From contig CM068756.1 in NCBI GenBank assembly GCA_035084275.1, positions 14,508,001-14,572,000 of the forward strand: DNA of 64,000 nucleotides, given 5' to 3'. This document shows, one piece after another, positions 1 through 12,314 of this stretch. Numbering within the stretch: the stretch's first letter is position 1; every line of letters begins with the position of its first letter. Under the pieces are notes generated by a model, which did not search any database, was not told the DNA's origin, and saw only the letters and a program-made list of their open reading frames with translations. This DNA comes from Hydrolagus colliei. Its lineage: Eukaryota. Both the position numbers and the translations under genes were made by a program.

Positions 1-275
1 AGAATCATGTGATTTGTGATCCGTTGGAATATATAACTTTATGCTCATTTGAATTGTACAATAGCTGTTTCCTTCTTCACGAGCAGCGAAGAAATTGGAA
101 TGAAAGCTCAGCCACCATTCTAGAGCAACAACAGGCCACATTATACACCGCCCTCATTCAGGATAGTGACCTTAATGCAGATTTAAATAGAGATTTTGCC
201 ACACATAGAGAAAGACGCAACAAATTCCCATTCACATCAAAACTAATTTTCTTCCACTCTATTAATCTACATTTT

Positions 276-3200
276 GGAAAAATTGGCAGGTAAGACAACT
301 AACGAGCAGTGGGCAGCGTTCAAAGAGGAGATAGTTCAAATACGGGAGGGGTAATAAGGAGGACAGGGGTAAAGGGAAGACGGGAGAAAAATGCAGAGGA
401 AGTAATTTGTGCCTTAGAGTGCATGTATGTAAATGCACGAAGTTTGAGAAATAAAATTGGTGAGCTGCAGGCTCAGGTTGCTGCGAGGCGATATGATGTT
501 ATAGCAGTAACAGAGACTTGGCTCCAGCATGGGCAGGAATGGGAGTTGAACATTCCTGGTTATAATGTATTCAGGAGGGATAGAGAAGGGAGAAAAGGGG
601 GCGGGGTGGCAATTTTAGTTAAGGACTCAGTGACTGCCTTAGAAAGGAACGAGGTGGAAGAAGGACTAAAAACCGAATCTATCTGGTTAGAATTGAGGAA
701 TAAAAAAGGTGCAGTTACACTGTTAGGGGTATACTATAGACCACCAAATAGTGGGGAGGAGATAGACAAGCAGATCTGCAAGCGTATCACGGAGAAATGC
801 AGAGCTAATAGAGTAGTGATAATGGGTGACTTCAACTATCCCAACATAGACTGGCAGAATAGTAGAGTAAAGGGCAAGGAGGGAGAAGAATTCCTGAAGT
901 GTGTGCAGGACAACTTTCTTGATCAGTATGTTTCCAGTCCAACGAGGAAAGAAGCATTGCTGGATCTAGTTTTGGGAAATGAGGTAGGGCAAGTTCAACA
1001 GGTTTCTGTAGGTGAGCATCTAGGGAATAGTGACCACAATATCGTTAGATTCAGAATAATTATGGAAAGGGATAAGGAACGATCACAGGTGAGGACACTC
1101 AACTGGAAAAGGGCTAATTTCAATGAGTTGAGGTGGGACCTAGCCAAGGTGGATTGGAAAGAAAAATTGGCAGGTAAGACAACTAACGAGCAGTGGGCAG
1201 CGTTCAAAGAGGAGATAGTTCAGGCACAGGTCAAAAGCATCCCCACAAAGGTGAAATGTAAGGCATCCAAACCTCCCTGGATGACTAAGGAAATCGGGGC
1301 CAAAATCAAACAAAAAAAAGAGGCTTATGATAAGTGTCAGGCTCAAAATTCAGAAGGGAACCAAGCAGAATATAGGAAGTGTAGGATAGAACTAAAAAAG
1401 GAAGTTAGAGGGGCAAAGAGACTGCATGAAAAACAATTAGCGAGTAAGATTAAGGGGAACCCTAAGGTTTTTTACCAACATATTAAGAGTAAAAGGTTGG
1501 TCAAGGAGAGGGTGGGGCCAATTAGGGACCTAGGAGGAAATCTCATTGTGGAGGCAGAGGGCATGGCTGATGTACTGAATGAGTACTTCGCCTCTGTCTT
1601 CACAAAAGAAAATGATACAGCCAATGCCATGGTATTAGAGGAGAGGGTAGGAGAAATGGATAGAATAATTATAACCAGAGAGGAAGTGCTAAAAAGGTTG
1701 ACGTCGCTCAAGGTGGATAAGTCACCTGGTCCGGATGGGATGCACCCTAGGTTACTAAGTGAGGCACGGGAGCAAATAGCAGGGACTCTGGCCACGATCT
1801 TTCAATCTTCCTTGGACACAGGGGTCGTGCCAGAGGACTGGAGGATAGCTAATGTTACTCCCTTGTATAAAAAGGGGCAGAAGGACAAGCCTGGTAACTA
1901 CAGACCAGTCAGTCTAACGTCGGTAGTGGGCAAACTTCTAGAGTCCATAATCAGGGACAAGGTAGATCTTCACTTAGAAAGATATAGGCTAATAAAGGAC
2001 AGTCAACATGGATTTGTCGAAGGCAAATCTTGCCTTACAAATCTGATAGAATTTTTTGATGAGGTAACGGAATGGGTGGATAATGGTAGCGCAGTTGATG
2101 TAGTTTACATGGACTTTCAAAAGGCATTTGACAAAGTGCCACATGAGAGACTTATTATGAAATTAAAGGCCCATGGCGTAAAAGGGACAGTGGCAGCGTG
2201 GATCCACAACTGGCTGCGAGACAGAAAGCAGAGAGTTGTAGTGAGCGGCTGTTTTTCAGATTGGAGGGAAGTGAGCAGTGGTGTGCCACAGGGATCGGTT
2301 TTGGGACCATTGCTGTTTGTAATCTTCATCAATGATCTGGACTTGGGTGTACGGAGTACAGTTTCCAAGTTTGCAGATGACACTAAGTTAGGGAGAATAG
2401 TAAACAGTGAGGAGGATAGTAGCCATCTGCAAGAGGATATAGACAAATTGGTAAAGTGGGCAGACACATGGCAGATGAAGTTTAATGCAGAGAAGTGTGA
2501 GGTGATGCATTTTGGGAGAAGAAATGAAGGGAGGCAACATAGGCTAGATAGTACAATTTTAAATGGTGTGAAGGAACAGAGAGACCTGGGGATTTGTGTT
2601 AGTGACTCGTTGAAGGTGGCAGGACAGGTAGACAAGGCTGTTAAGAAGGCATATGGGATACTAGGCTTTATAAATAGAGGTATAGAGTACAAAAGTCAGG
2701 AAGTGCTGACTAACCTCTATAGGACTTTGGTGAGGCCTCAGCTGGAATACTGTGTTCAATTCTGGTCACCACACTACAGAAAGGATGTGAAGGCATTGGA
2801 AAGGGTACAACGAAGATTTACTAGGATGGTGCCAGGATTGAGGGACTTCAGCTATGAGGAGAGGCTAGATAGGCTAGGGTTATTCTCTCTGGAGCAGAGA
2901 AGATTGAGGGGAGACCTAATAGAGGTTTATAAGATCATGAGGGGTTTCGACAGGGCAAATAGAGAAAAACTATTTCCACTCGTGGGTGAATCTGTGACTC
3001 GTGGTCACAGATTTAAAATAGTTTCAAGGCGCAGTAGAGGGGAGCTGAGGAGAAATTTTTTCACTCAGCAAGTTGTTCGAATCTGGAATGCATTGCCTGA
3101 AAAGGTGGTGGAGGCTGATTCGATAACAACTTTTAAAAGGGAATTAGATCTTTATTTAGGGAGAACGGGTCTATTAGGCTATGGGGAGCGGGCAGGGCAA

Positions 3201-3305
3201 TGGGGTTGAATCGCTCTTTTCAAAGAGCCGGCACAGACTAGATGGGCCGAATGGCCTCCTTTTGTGCCGTAAAATTCTATGATTCTATGATTCTATGATT
3301 CTATG
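276..3305 (+). mobile_element. CR1-clade LINE, 5'-truncated, with intact ORF2, inserted antisense in the V-C1 intron of gene A1
   Basis: APE endonuclease + RT ORF; 3' tail (ATTCTATG)x4 at 3274-3305; ATTTT flanks both sides (271-275, 3306-3310). The paralogous intron at about 23895-23915 reads ctacattttaataag without the insert. Confidence 0.95.
423..3209 (+). CDS. CR1 ORF2 (AP endonuclease-reverse transcriptase), 928 aa from the first ATG
   Basis: Uninterrupted ORF with YVNARS, AVTETW, GDFN, SDH (APE) and [22 protein letters not shown] (RT). The ORF-track start at 309 lies in a duplicated junction fragment. Confidence 0.93.
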   Translation: MYVNARSLRNKIGELQAQVAARRYDVIAVTETWLQHGQEWELNIPGYNVFRRDREGRKGGGVAILVKDSVTALERNEVEEGLKTESIWLELRNKKGAVTLLGVYYRPPNSGEEIDKQICKRITEKCRANRVVIMGDFNYPNIDWQNSRVKGKEGEEFLKCVQDNFLDQYVSSPTRKEALLDLVLGNEVGQVQQVSVGEHLGNSDHNIVRFRIIMERDKERSQVRTLNWKRANFNELRWDLAKVDWKEKLAGKTTNEQWAAFKEEIVQAQVKSIPTKVKCKASKPPWMTKEIGAKIKQKKEAYDKCQAQNSEGNQAEYRKCRIELKKEVRGAKRLHEKQLASKIKGNPKVFYQHIKSKRLVKERVGPIRDLGGNLIVEAEGMADVLNEYFASVFTKENDTANAMVLEERVGEMDRIIITREEVLKRLTSLKVDKSPGPDGMHPRLLSEAREQIAGTLATIFQSSLDTGVVPEDWRIANVTPLYKKGQKDKPGNYRPVSLTSVVGKLLESIIRDKVDLHLERYRLIKDSQHGFVEGKSCLTNLIEFFDEVTEWVDNGSAVDVVYMDFQKAFDKVPHERLIMKLKAHGVKGTVAAWIHNWLRDRKQRVVVSGCFSDWREVSSGVPQGSVLGPLLFVIFINDLDLGVRSTVSKFADDTKLGRIVNSEEDSSHLQEDIDKLVKWADTWQMKFNAEKCEVMHFGRRNEGRQHRLDSTILNGVKEQRDLGICVSDSLKVAGQVDKAVKKAYGILGFINRGIEYKSQEVLTNLYRTLVRPQLEYCVQFWSPHYRKDVKALERVQRRFTRMVPGLRDFSYEERLDRLGLFSLEQRRLRGDLIEVYKIMRGFDRANREKLFPLVGESVTRGHRFKIVSRRSRGELRRNFFTQQVVRIWNALPEKVVEADSITTFKRELDLYLGRTGLLGYGERAGQWG

Positions 3306-4091
3306 ATTTTAATAAGATTTCAACTGATTTACAAGAGGTACAATGTGTGCTTCGAAACCATTCGATAACTGTGTGGGGAACAATGTTGAGCGTGAAATGT
3401 TCAGGTTTTCTAAATTGTTGCCATCTGCCTTTCATATTAACAATAATAATCCTGGCATTGGATGCAGCATTTTAGACATTATTAATGTACCTCAAATCGC
3501 TGCACATAGTACAGTGTGAAGTGGATTGATTGTGTGTGACTTTGGGTGACATTTAGAGAGAAAAAAATGGAACTGAATAAACGAACATTTGATCGATCAT
3601 GGGTGGCCTCCACACAGCGATGTACCGTAAATAGTCAAGAAACAAGTAACTAAATTTAACTTAGTAATTCACTGCTCAGCCCAGGTCCAGGAAGAATCTC
3701 TCTCCTCCACTTTCATTGTACCAAAGCATCTTTAATATCCATCCAAACAAGCAGAAACAACCTCGGGTTAAATATTTCCCCAAACAGTGGACAATATAAC
3801 GTATATTGGGACAATCTGGGATAATCTGAATCAATCCATAGAATACAATTCAGACACAGCAATGTTCTAGTGATGGTGGCATGGAGGGCTATGAATGTGT
3901 TTGAAAGCAAAATGCTTATCACATTTATAGAGCAAGTCACCTTCCCGTTTGTGGTGTTTGATGATATATTTGCCGGCTCAGATCAGTACAGTAATGAAGA
4001 GCAAACATTAATAATTTATCCAGATCGATTCCAAAACGCAACGAAGTGTCGCCTTTGGAATATTCTACATTACCTTTGTATTCACACTTAC

Positions 4092-4397
4092 CTTGTACAA
4101 TTAAATGTGACCCAGATCCATGTTTGGTGACTTTCCCCTGACCGGCCAGTGTGCAGACATAGACCCCAGAGTCGTGGAAAGTCACGTTCAGCAGCTGGAG
4201 CGATTTGGAATCAAATATTTTCCGGTTAGTAGGTGTTTGATGCAAGTATTCACCCTCTCCTTCTTTCCACCAGTGAAATGCTCTATCTGAATTTTGTTGA
4301 TCGTTGTCAATCCTGCAACTGAATTTAACGTCTTCACCTCGCAACGCTGTCTGTTTGGCAGGATATTGGATCACGTTCATCGATGCCTCAGCAGGAA
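4092..4397 (-). CDS. Gene A1 VJ-type Ig V exon
   Basis: cag| acceptor 4400-4398, |gtaagt donor 4091-4086, 306 nt, phase 1-1. VPAEASMNVIQYP..KFSC..HWWKEG..DSGVYVC..HGSGSHLIVQ. Confidence 0.92.
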
Positions 4398-4589
4398 CTG
4401 TCAGGGAATGAATTAACCTATAATTAGTGATTATTATTGAAAGGAAAAAGCGCAATTAAATAGACGAGAAGAGGGAGAGAAAGGTGGGAGAACGTTAGAG
4501 GGAAAGAAAGACGGACGTATTCACTACATGTTTTAAAACTGCATGTGTACCGTTTTGTATTTTAACTATAATATAGTAAAATGACAGAC

Positions 4590-4642
4590 CTGTGGCTATA
4601 ATCCCCATTAGAGAAAGACGGGATCACATCACTGGCCAACAT
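4590..4642 (-). pseudogene. Gene A1 leader exon, 53 nt, 2-nt deletion relative to A3 (frameshift)
   Basis: Aligns to the 55-nt A3 leader. ATG at 4642, donor gtctgt. Spliced to V it hits TGA after 3 codons. Confidence 0.7.
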
Positions 4643-5604
4643 TGTGAGCAGTTGTTGAGACTCACAGTGAACCAGTCACTGTGACAAACCTTTGCTGATT
4701 TTGTTGATTTTGCAGTGAGGTTTGACTTCCTGTCCCCGAGATTCAGAGACGGCTCAGTTACTATTGGCAAGGACAGATGTGCCTTTCGATACTAAGTCGG
4801 ATCATTCCGTGTATCGGCAGGAGAAAGGGGGGTTTAAACATTGCCGTTGTCTGTGTATCGCATTATTACCTTTCATATACGATTATGAAACGTAACCACC
4901 TGTACGTAAATGGGAAATCAATTGACTGTACATTGTGTGGAGGAAATGGGAATAGAAAAGGTCAGTTTGTTGCCAAATAATTATTGTTATTAAAATGTAA
5001 AACACCAGTTTAGGCGACAGAACCCGAGCCACCAGTGATTGAAATCACTATTGTATTGAATTCCCTTCCAATAGTTTATTTAATGCGATTGAAAACCGTG
5101 AATACAAATCTGATGATTTCAGTAACAATACATTATGTGTCAGGATCCAAACCCATTTATTGAACGTTTAACGGTAGATATGACGTAGCTCAAATATATT
5201 TTCACAAAGTCAAATTAATCTTCGTTGTAACTGCGACAACGATGTGCGCAGCTTCGCTCTAAAAACACAAGTAGCTAACGATCTTGATGGTCCGCGTGAA
5301 CTAGAGACAAACTTAAATGATTTTCGAGTGTGCTTTGGGCAATGTTCTTTGCACACAGCAATACTGTATCTTCCATGGGTTTTTTTTCGTAGAATTTACA
5401 GTAACTGACCAGAAAATGAAATCAAACTCTGATTTAGACCCCGGGTTGTCCTGGATGTAAATTAATTTTGATATTGTTGATAATTGATTACATCATGTGC
5501 CATAGGGCGTAACACGAGGGAACAAATGGGAGCTGTATTGACAGGAATTTGCACCCATTTTACCCCAGTTTACATCACCATTAGAAATCACAAGGTGTAT
5601 TATT

Positions 5605-8116
5605 CAGGGCCGTACGCAGGATTTTTTTTGGGGGGGTGCGAATTGCTAGTGATGGGACCAACAATGGCCAGGGGTTTGCGGGCTGCCCCCGAAGCCCCCT
5701 CGAGGTCTCCGACGTTTTACACAGTTTGAGGTCTTATTTAATCGGTTCAGAAGATCTAATATGAATGGTAAATGTTTCATGCCCTTGGTGTTTAAGAGCA
5801 TCATTATTTATTCAGTATTTATATTTTCCCCGGTAGTCCGTGTCTAATTGGGAAGGTCGAATGTGTTCGCCGATAAAAGCAAACACGATTGTTGACTCGA
5901 TGATGTAAGGAATGCGAACGATAAAGTAAATTACAATCCAATTAACACAGTACAATGACGAATGCTTGGTAAATGTAGGCGTATAGAGAAAATGATCATA
6001 AACTACAGATTGACGGTAATTAATAAGTTGTTCTGCATTGTTATCCTAAGACTAAATTTCTTTCGGACTGTAATGAACAATAATGTAAGAGTAAAGTATG
6101 AATGATGTGCTCAGATATTCCAGCAAAGCAAATTTTATAAAAGACAAGAAAATATACAGAAACTGAAAATCAGTGTCAAACAGTTAATTCACACGTGTTA
6201 CAAGCCTGTTATCAGCATTATCCTGAAAATATCGTTGAACTGTGAGCAATAGTGTAGTTAGTTTTTATTTATTTATTTAGAATCAAAATTAAAGGCATCA
6301 AGCAATACTGATCTGACGAAAAAATACTTGAAAAAATAAGGGAGGGGAAATTAATTCTTTAATAGCGTTCCGTATTCGAGACGCCTCGGTCGCTTTGAAG
6401 CCAATACGTCAACCGCTCTACCAATATCGATTTTCATATTATAATGAATGTGCATTAACGCGAGGGCTGAAAGTCGCTCTTATACGGAGCAGAATGCTGG
6501 ACACTTAGGCAAACCTCGACCAGGAGATTAGGTGACTCGTGAGGTATATATCAGGCTTCTAAGAGACGCCCTGAACGTTTACTGGCGACAGCATCTGACA
6601 AATAGTGAGCTATATGGTACACTACCACACTGGTATCACAGACATTACCGCAGAGGCGTCTTAGGTTTAGCGGACATAGCTGGAGAAGCCGGGAGGAAAC
6701 TGTCCATAGTGCTACTATCCTATGGGAACCATGGCACGGTCACAGAACACGAGGTAGACCGACCCTAACCTACCTCGCTACATGAAATGCACGGATTATA
6801 TTATTATTCAAAGAGAGAAAGAGTGACTTTCAGAGGAGTCACGTTGAAGAGATTTGTGTAGGAAGAGCTGTTGCTTTGCAGACTCGACTGCACCTGTCCT
6901 TTATATCCCGCTGGTGTGAGGCAGCAGTTCTGGGGACCTCAACTCTAACAGGTGCAGGTTAACAATCCTTTAAGTTATAGCCAATTACGTGACACTGCCC
7001 ACAAACCCTGAAAAGAAATCTCAGTTGTCAATCAGTCAGATATGCAACCTCGACCTTGGGAATGTCTTCAGATTCAGAGGCACTGAGTAGGAGGGAAAGA
7101 AAGTTTCCCACAGGTGATAGAAGACAGCAGCATCACCTGGCGAGTCGCCTGGCACAGTGAATTGGTTGAGATGCTGAACCGAGGTCTGATCCGTCTGTTT
7201 AGATGGATGTGAAAAGATCCTCTGACACTACTCGAAAAGCGGAGGGAAGTCTCTCTCCTGTTGTCCTGGCCAACAAACGCCCCCAAATAAAATCGGTGAC
7301 TCACTCCATCGGTGTTTGTGGGACAATCCTGGGCAAAAACTGGCCACTTTACAGTACGTTCTGTGAAGCGCTCTGAGCTGTCTCGACAGTGTACTAAGGC
7401 ACTATTATCAATTGCTAACATTATCAGATTAAAATACGATTTCAGCTTCCACAAAGTGGTGCTACCTTTTTATGTAGTGACTGTATACGGGATGATTTCC
7501 GATTGACACACCACGTGGAATAGGCGCTAAAGCATTAGGCCTACGTCCATGAGTATTTTTTTTAAAGATAGGCATTCCCGTCCAGACACATATAACTTTT
7601 TTGTTGGGTTCTCAAAAGCTTTAATTTCTCAGAAGCTTGTAAATATGTTGTCATTGTTTGCTAGCATTACAGTCACACCTTTCAAAACTTGAGTCATTTT
7701 TACTTACGGTGATCAGATGAAAAGATGATTTTAACTCCAGAATTGGTGCTGCCCCTTGTGGCTGTTTACGGGATGATTTCCAAACGAGGATTTGAGTCTT
7801 GGCGCCTATGTTTATCCAATCACGAGTCACAGACTCGCCGCGTCATGGACTGGTCTATCGACGCGGTATGTTTTGGGGAGACGCCGATTCTGGTGCGCGA
7901 CTCGATAATTTTATATTAATACTAAATCATTCAAAGATGTGTGTTTATAATTTATACATAGTTTTGAAGAACTGATTGTTGCACAAATGTTCAATAAATT
8001 TACTTGGTATTTAAATTTGATAAAAAAATGCAATTCTCTACCCCGGAAAATGTGGACCTTTTATAATTTGGGGGGGTGCGTACGCATCCGTCGCACCCCC
8101 CCTGCGTACGGCCTTG
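5605..8116. mobile_element. 2.5-kb non-autonomous TIR (hAT-like) element or composite
   Basis: CAGGGCCGTACGCAGG at 5605-5620 and CCTGCGTACGGCCTTG at 8101-8116 are inverted with 15/16 match. GGGGGGTGCG subterminal motifs at both ends. No transposase ORF and no matching TSD. Confidence 0.7.
6535..6780 (+). mobile_element. RTE-clade LINE ORF C-terminal fragment, frameshifted
   Basis: RLLRDALNVYWRQHLTNSELYGTLP, then in a shifted frame QRRLRFSGHSWR..LWEPWHGHRTRGRP, typical of the post-RT region of RTE/RTEX elements. Confidence 0.65.
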
Positions 8117-8937
8117 CATCTCCCGGTGACTTGGACAAACTTCCCGAATACAATTACTATTACTTGTGGCAAATATTTTTGCCACAAGTGTTTGATTAAA
8201 AGATTAGCACATCACATTGAATATCCCCTTCGACTTTACTTGTTATTAATCTATGCACTTCTAAATATGTCTTATTTGACTTGATACTGTGGTTTGGATA
8301 TAAGAATCTCTGATCAGCCTGATTAATGGACATATTGTTATGGACCTTGTTATGTGCAAATTTCTTTCAGGTCAGTTAACAGCGTTGTGGCAGACTGAAC
8401 TGTGATCTCAACAGCAAGAATCATTGACCACATTTCCATTGTGTTGCAATCTCAGCCTAAATTGAAAGCTAGTCACGAGAAGTGATATGATCATTTCCTC
8501 TTTTAAATTAAGAAAACAAATTGCAACACTGAATTGCTCAATACAGTTTAAAAAAATACGTTTAAGTAGAAAAACAACCTCTGTGCTTTAAAAGTAATTC
8601 TCATACAAACATATACTTTTGAACAAAAAAAAATATTATTATTATTATAATAATAAACATCATCACCACCATCATGTTAATCAACAACACAATCACCAAC
8701 ACAATAATATGCCATTCGTGGCAAGTTTCCCTCTGTTTGTCCATCTAGTAAAACCCTACGAGTTAGGGCTTTGGGCTGCAGTGTTAACAGCAGCTGCAAT
8801 GGGAAGAATCCCTGTTTCCGAATGGTCTGAGCCATTCTGGCTGGTCTGTATCAGCAATGCTCTGGAGTCCATCAAAGTATTGTACTTTGGTACCGTCAAA
8901 AAATACCCTAGTATTTCCAATAATACGCTTCCCTCAC

Positions 8938-9231
8938 CTTCTGGAATGACTGTGTAAGTGACCGTCTTGGGTGAATTCTTGAGGGCGGAGTGCGATACCT
9001 TACAGGAATATACGGTCCCAATCGGGACAGGCTGTTTCTCTTCCACAGAGCTGGAAAAATTATAGTCTCCCTCTGGTGTCTTTTGTTTCAGTTCTTTTAC
9101 TGCTGTTAGTTTTTTGTCATTTTTAAAGAACTCCATCTTTAAGTTATCAGGATAAAACCCGGTGGTTGTGCACATATATGTTGGAGAAAGCGACGACCCC
9201 GTGGAGGAAATCTTCAGGTCAGTTGGAGGAG
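8938..9231 (-). CDS. Gene B Ig C1 exon
   Basis: aag| acceptor, |gtgagg donor, 294 nt, phase 1-1. APPTDLKI..YMCTTTGFYP..YSCKVSHSAL..TVTYTV. The canonical C1 Trp is replaced by Phe (MEFFKND). The frame stays open past the donor to TAG at 8758-8756. Confidence 0.9.
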
Positions 9232-12200
9232 CTTGAAAGATGTTAACAAACAAGAAAAGAGTTTTCAATTTTTAATATAATATGAAATATTTTGTACCAT
9301 ATTTCACTGGGTATCACAATGCTGATTTGCTTTGCAGTACTGTATTTAATAACTCCATGGATACTAAGTTTGAGTCAGAAAGTTAATAAACGGTATGAAA
9401 CGAAAGTTGCACATAATGTAACTTAATATAATGTTCTATCACACAAAAGCAATCATTTCCAGATTTTTCTCCAAAGTGTAGTGACTGGGTATTTGTGGAC
9501 AAATCCTGCAGTTGGTCTGTGCACAGCAATAGCCCACATGAAGAGTAGCATATTTTTGTTTTCTCTGGGGTATTGTCTGTCAGGATAATGGTAGAAAGTC
9601 CTTTCATCTATGAAAGAATGAACTTGAAGTTTGAAAGCACCTATAGCTTGGAAACATCCCAAAGTATTTCTCGACAACAGAGAGAGCATCTCCCGGTGAC
9701 CTGGACAAACTTCCCGAATACAATTACTCATATGTTTCATGGCTGTTTATGGGACATTGCTGTGTGCAACTGGGCTGCAAAAGTGTCAGTCTGAAAATAT
9801 AGTCAATCCATTTAACAAGGTGCAAGGTGCCAACAAAGTTAATTGTATTCTGTGTAAACTAAACAAATGAATGTTTGTCAAAAGAAATAGCTTGCAGCAG
9901 CTGTAATGTATTACTGAACATTAAAGACAACACTATATATTGTCTAAAACAGAATTTAAGATCCTTAAGGAAATAAAATTAGAAGTTTCAATTTAGCATA
10001 AAGTTATGGTCATTACCTAAGGAAGAAGGGGAATCAAAGGAAGCTCTGCGTCAGGCAATCAGGATATGAATTGCTTCTGTTGTAAAAATTCCCCTAAATT
10101 TCCTTTTTTCTGTGGTGATTTAAAAAATATTTCAAATAAATTTTAATAGCCATCTAAAAATGCTTCACAAAATATATGGTGAAGTCAGCCTGACTGTGTA
10201 TTTTGTGGGCAAAACGCGGCAGCCAATTTCCCACCAACTGTTTCAATTCAGGTTTATTCGTTGCTTGGGTTGAAATTCGGACTTCTTGTACCACCTAGAT
10301 GACAACAATGTCAACATAAGAATATAAAATGTAGGAAGCAGGAATAGACCATTCGCCCCCCGGCCATTTAATAAGATTCTATCCTAATTCCATTTACCCG
10401 CCCTTAACCCCATATCCCTTAATCCCTTCAGCTTTTGAAAAGTTGTCAATTTCAGTCTTGAATATGTTCAATGACTGAGCATCTACACCTTCTGGGGTAG
10501 AGAATGTCATAAATAAAGAGTGCTTTTCGAGGGATTATGAAGATAGTTTCCGCTCCATCTGATAATCCTCCAGATAAATTGTGTGTTTGCTTCAGAGCTA
10601 TATGTGGGATAGATAGTGCTATGTACAAATTGACTAGTCCTGTGAAAGACACAGTCAGTACACTTTATGATAAATCCCGCAAAGTGCTTTGCGATGTCCT
10701 CCTCATATGAAATTAAATGCAATGATTATTATTAATAGTGTAGTTCCCAATATTCTGGATGTGATTCTGTCCTGTTAGAAATCCAGAGCCTTGGGTTAGG
10801 CAAATATCTGTTACAATGTGGCGCTGGATTAAAGTACACTATTTCTGAACACCTTTTCTTTCAGCCGATATTAAAAGATTGTGGATCATTGATGTGCACA
10901 AATTGGCTACAGCATCTACCTGCAAAACACACAGCCATCAGAATTTACAGTTTCGCTCAGAAAACACACAACCAATTCATTTTAACAGTATATCCTGTGA
11001 AGTGCGTTTGAGACATGTCAACAACATGATAAGACACTATATCAACTGCAAGGATTAGTATTATTATTATTATACAACCCTGTGAAATGCTTATGAGACA
11101 TCGTCTGGAGTTGAACAGTGATGTATCAAATGCAAGGATTATTCTTAGTAGTATTGTCCCAAATGTTCAGTTTAGGTTAAAATACCGAACTCCGGAAGTG
11201 GTATCTGATCATGCAGTACATCCACAGGGTAGTTTGAAGTCTGCCATTAACTTAGTTGTAGTGGGCATCGGGGAGATTCTTTAAGTGATATTTGAAATAA
11301 AATTTTAAAAATCGTTTTGCATCAAACATAGCTCAGAATGAGGGGACCATTCTACTAAAGTGAATGTGATTATTTGATGTGAAGGAAATTATTTGTGACC
11401 TGAGTGAAAAGTTAAAACATTTAAATCAATAATAGGGTAAATTACCTGATTTCATTTCAAATAAAACTGAGAGAGTAATAACAACCATGATGTCTCCTCC
11501 CATTGATTCAGAGACAGACGTTTTAAATATAAATTAATTTCAATGCATATCTCCCGGTAAAGCTAACACATAAACCTAAACACAGATTATACTAGGTTAG
11601 CTGTTTGTCTGACGCTTATTGTGGCATTTCTTGATGTATAGATTCGATGGGTTTTGAAATAATCTCTCAAAACTTTCCACCTCCTCATACACATAAATAG
11701 AATCGATTTCGAAACATCGTTGTATATGGGACAGTGCGGTGGGCACTAGAAATATAGCCAATGTTGTGCAATCCGATATAGTAAGCAATCGTTCTCACAC
11801 ACCTGAATGTGTTTGTTTTTATTGTAGGGCTCAGATCAGTCTTTATATACTCGAAAATAGTCTGAAATAGCAGCAGCCTCAGTGACACGTGTTTTTTTTA
11901 GCACAAACAGCTACTAAATGCAATCAAATGTGAGGTGTCTATGGGACTGACTGAGAGATCCGTTTTGCAAATTAAATTCAATTGTTTTCAGTGCAGTTGT
12001 GGAAGCAACGAAAACTCACTGTTGCAAAGTAAATTTATACATATAAACATTATATACACACATATATATCCATATATAATTCATATGTATAGGATATATA
12101 AACCATATATACATACTAATATGTGAGGTATGTTTACATATATAATAGAAAACAGCTAAAGCAGAAGATTTTGAGTGAAATATAACATATAAACATTATA

Positions 12201-12314
12201 TAGAAATTGAACTAATACAATATATATTTCAGAAAACCGAAGAAAACGAAGATATTTACAAATACATTAAACGTGCACAATTTTTTTTCAAGCCACATTG
12301 GTGTTGACACTCAC

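Noticed and set aside
309-422. ORF-track N-terminus MGSVQRGDSS of the 966-aa ORF
   Set aside because: It starts at a GTG inside the duplicated 62-bp junction fragment. The recognisable ORF2 begins at about 423.
7074-7454. 126-aa minus-strand ORF inside the TIR element
   Set aside because: No recognisable transposase or other motif.
8602-8745. Very hydrophobic minus-strand frame (WHIIVLVIVLLINMMVVMMFIIIIIIIFFFV) as the TM exon of gene B
   Set aside because: The nearby AG acceptors give other frames with phase 1 (DGQTEGNLPRMAYYCVGDCVVD*). The stretch is low-complexity TTG/ATA sequence. Not excluded if there is a 1-nt indel.
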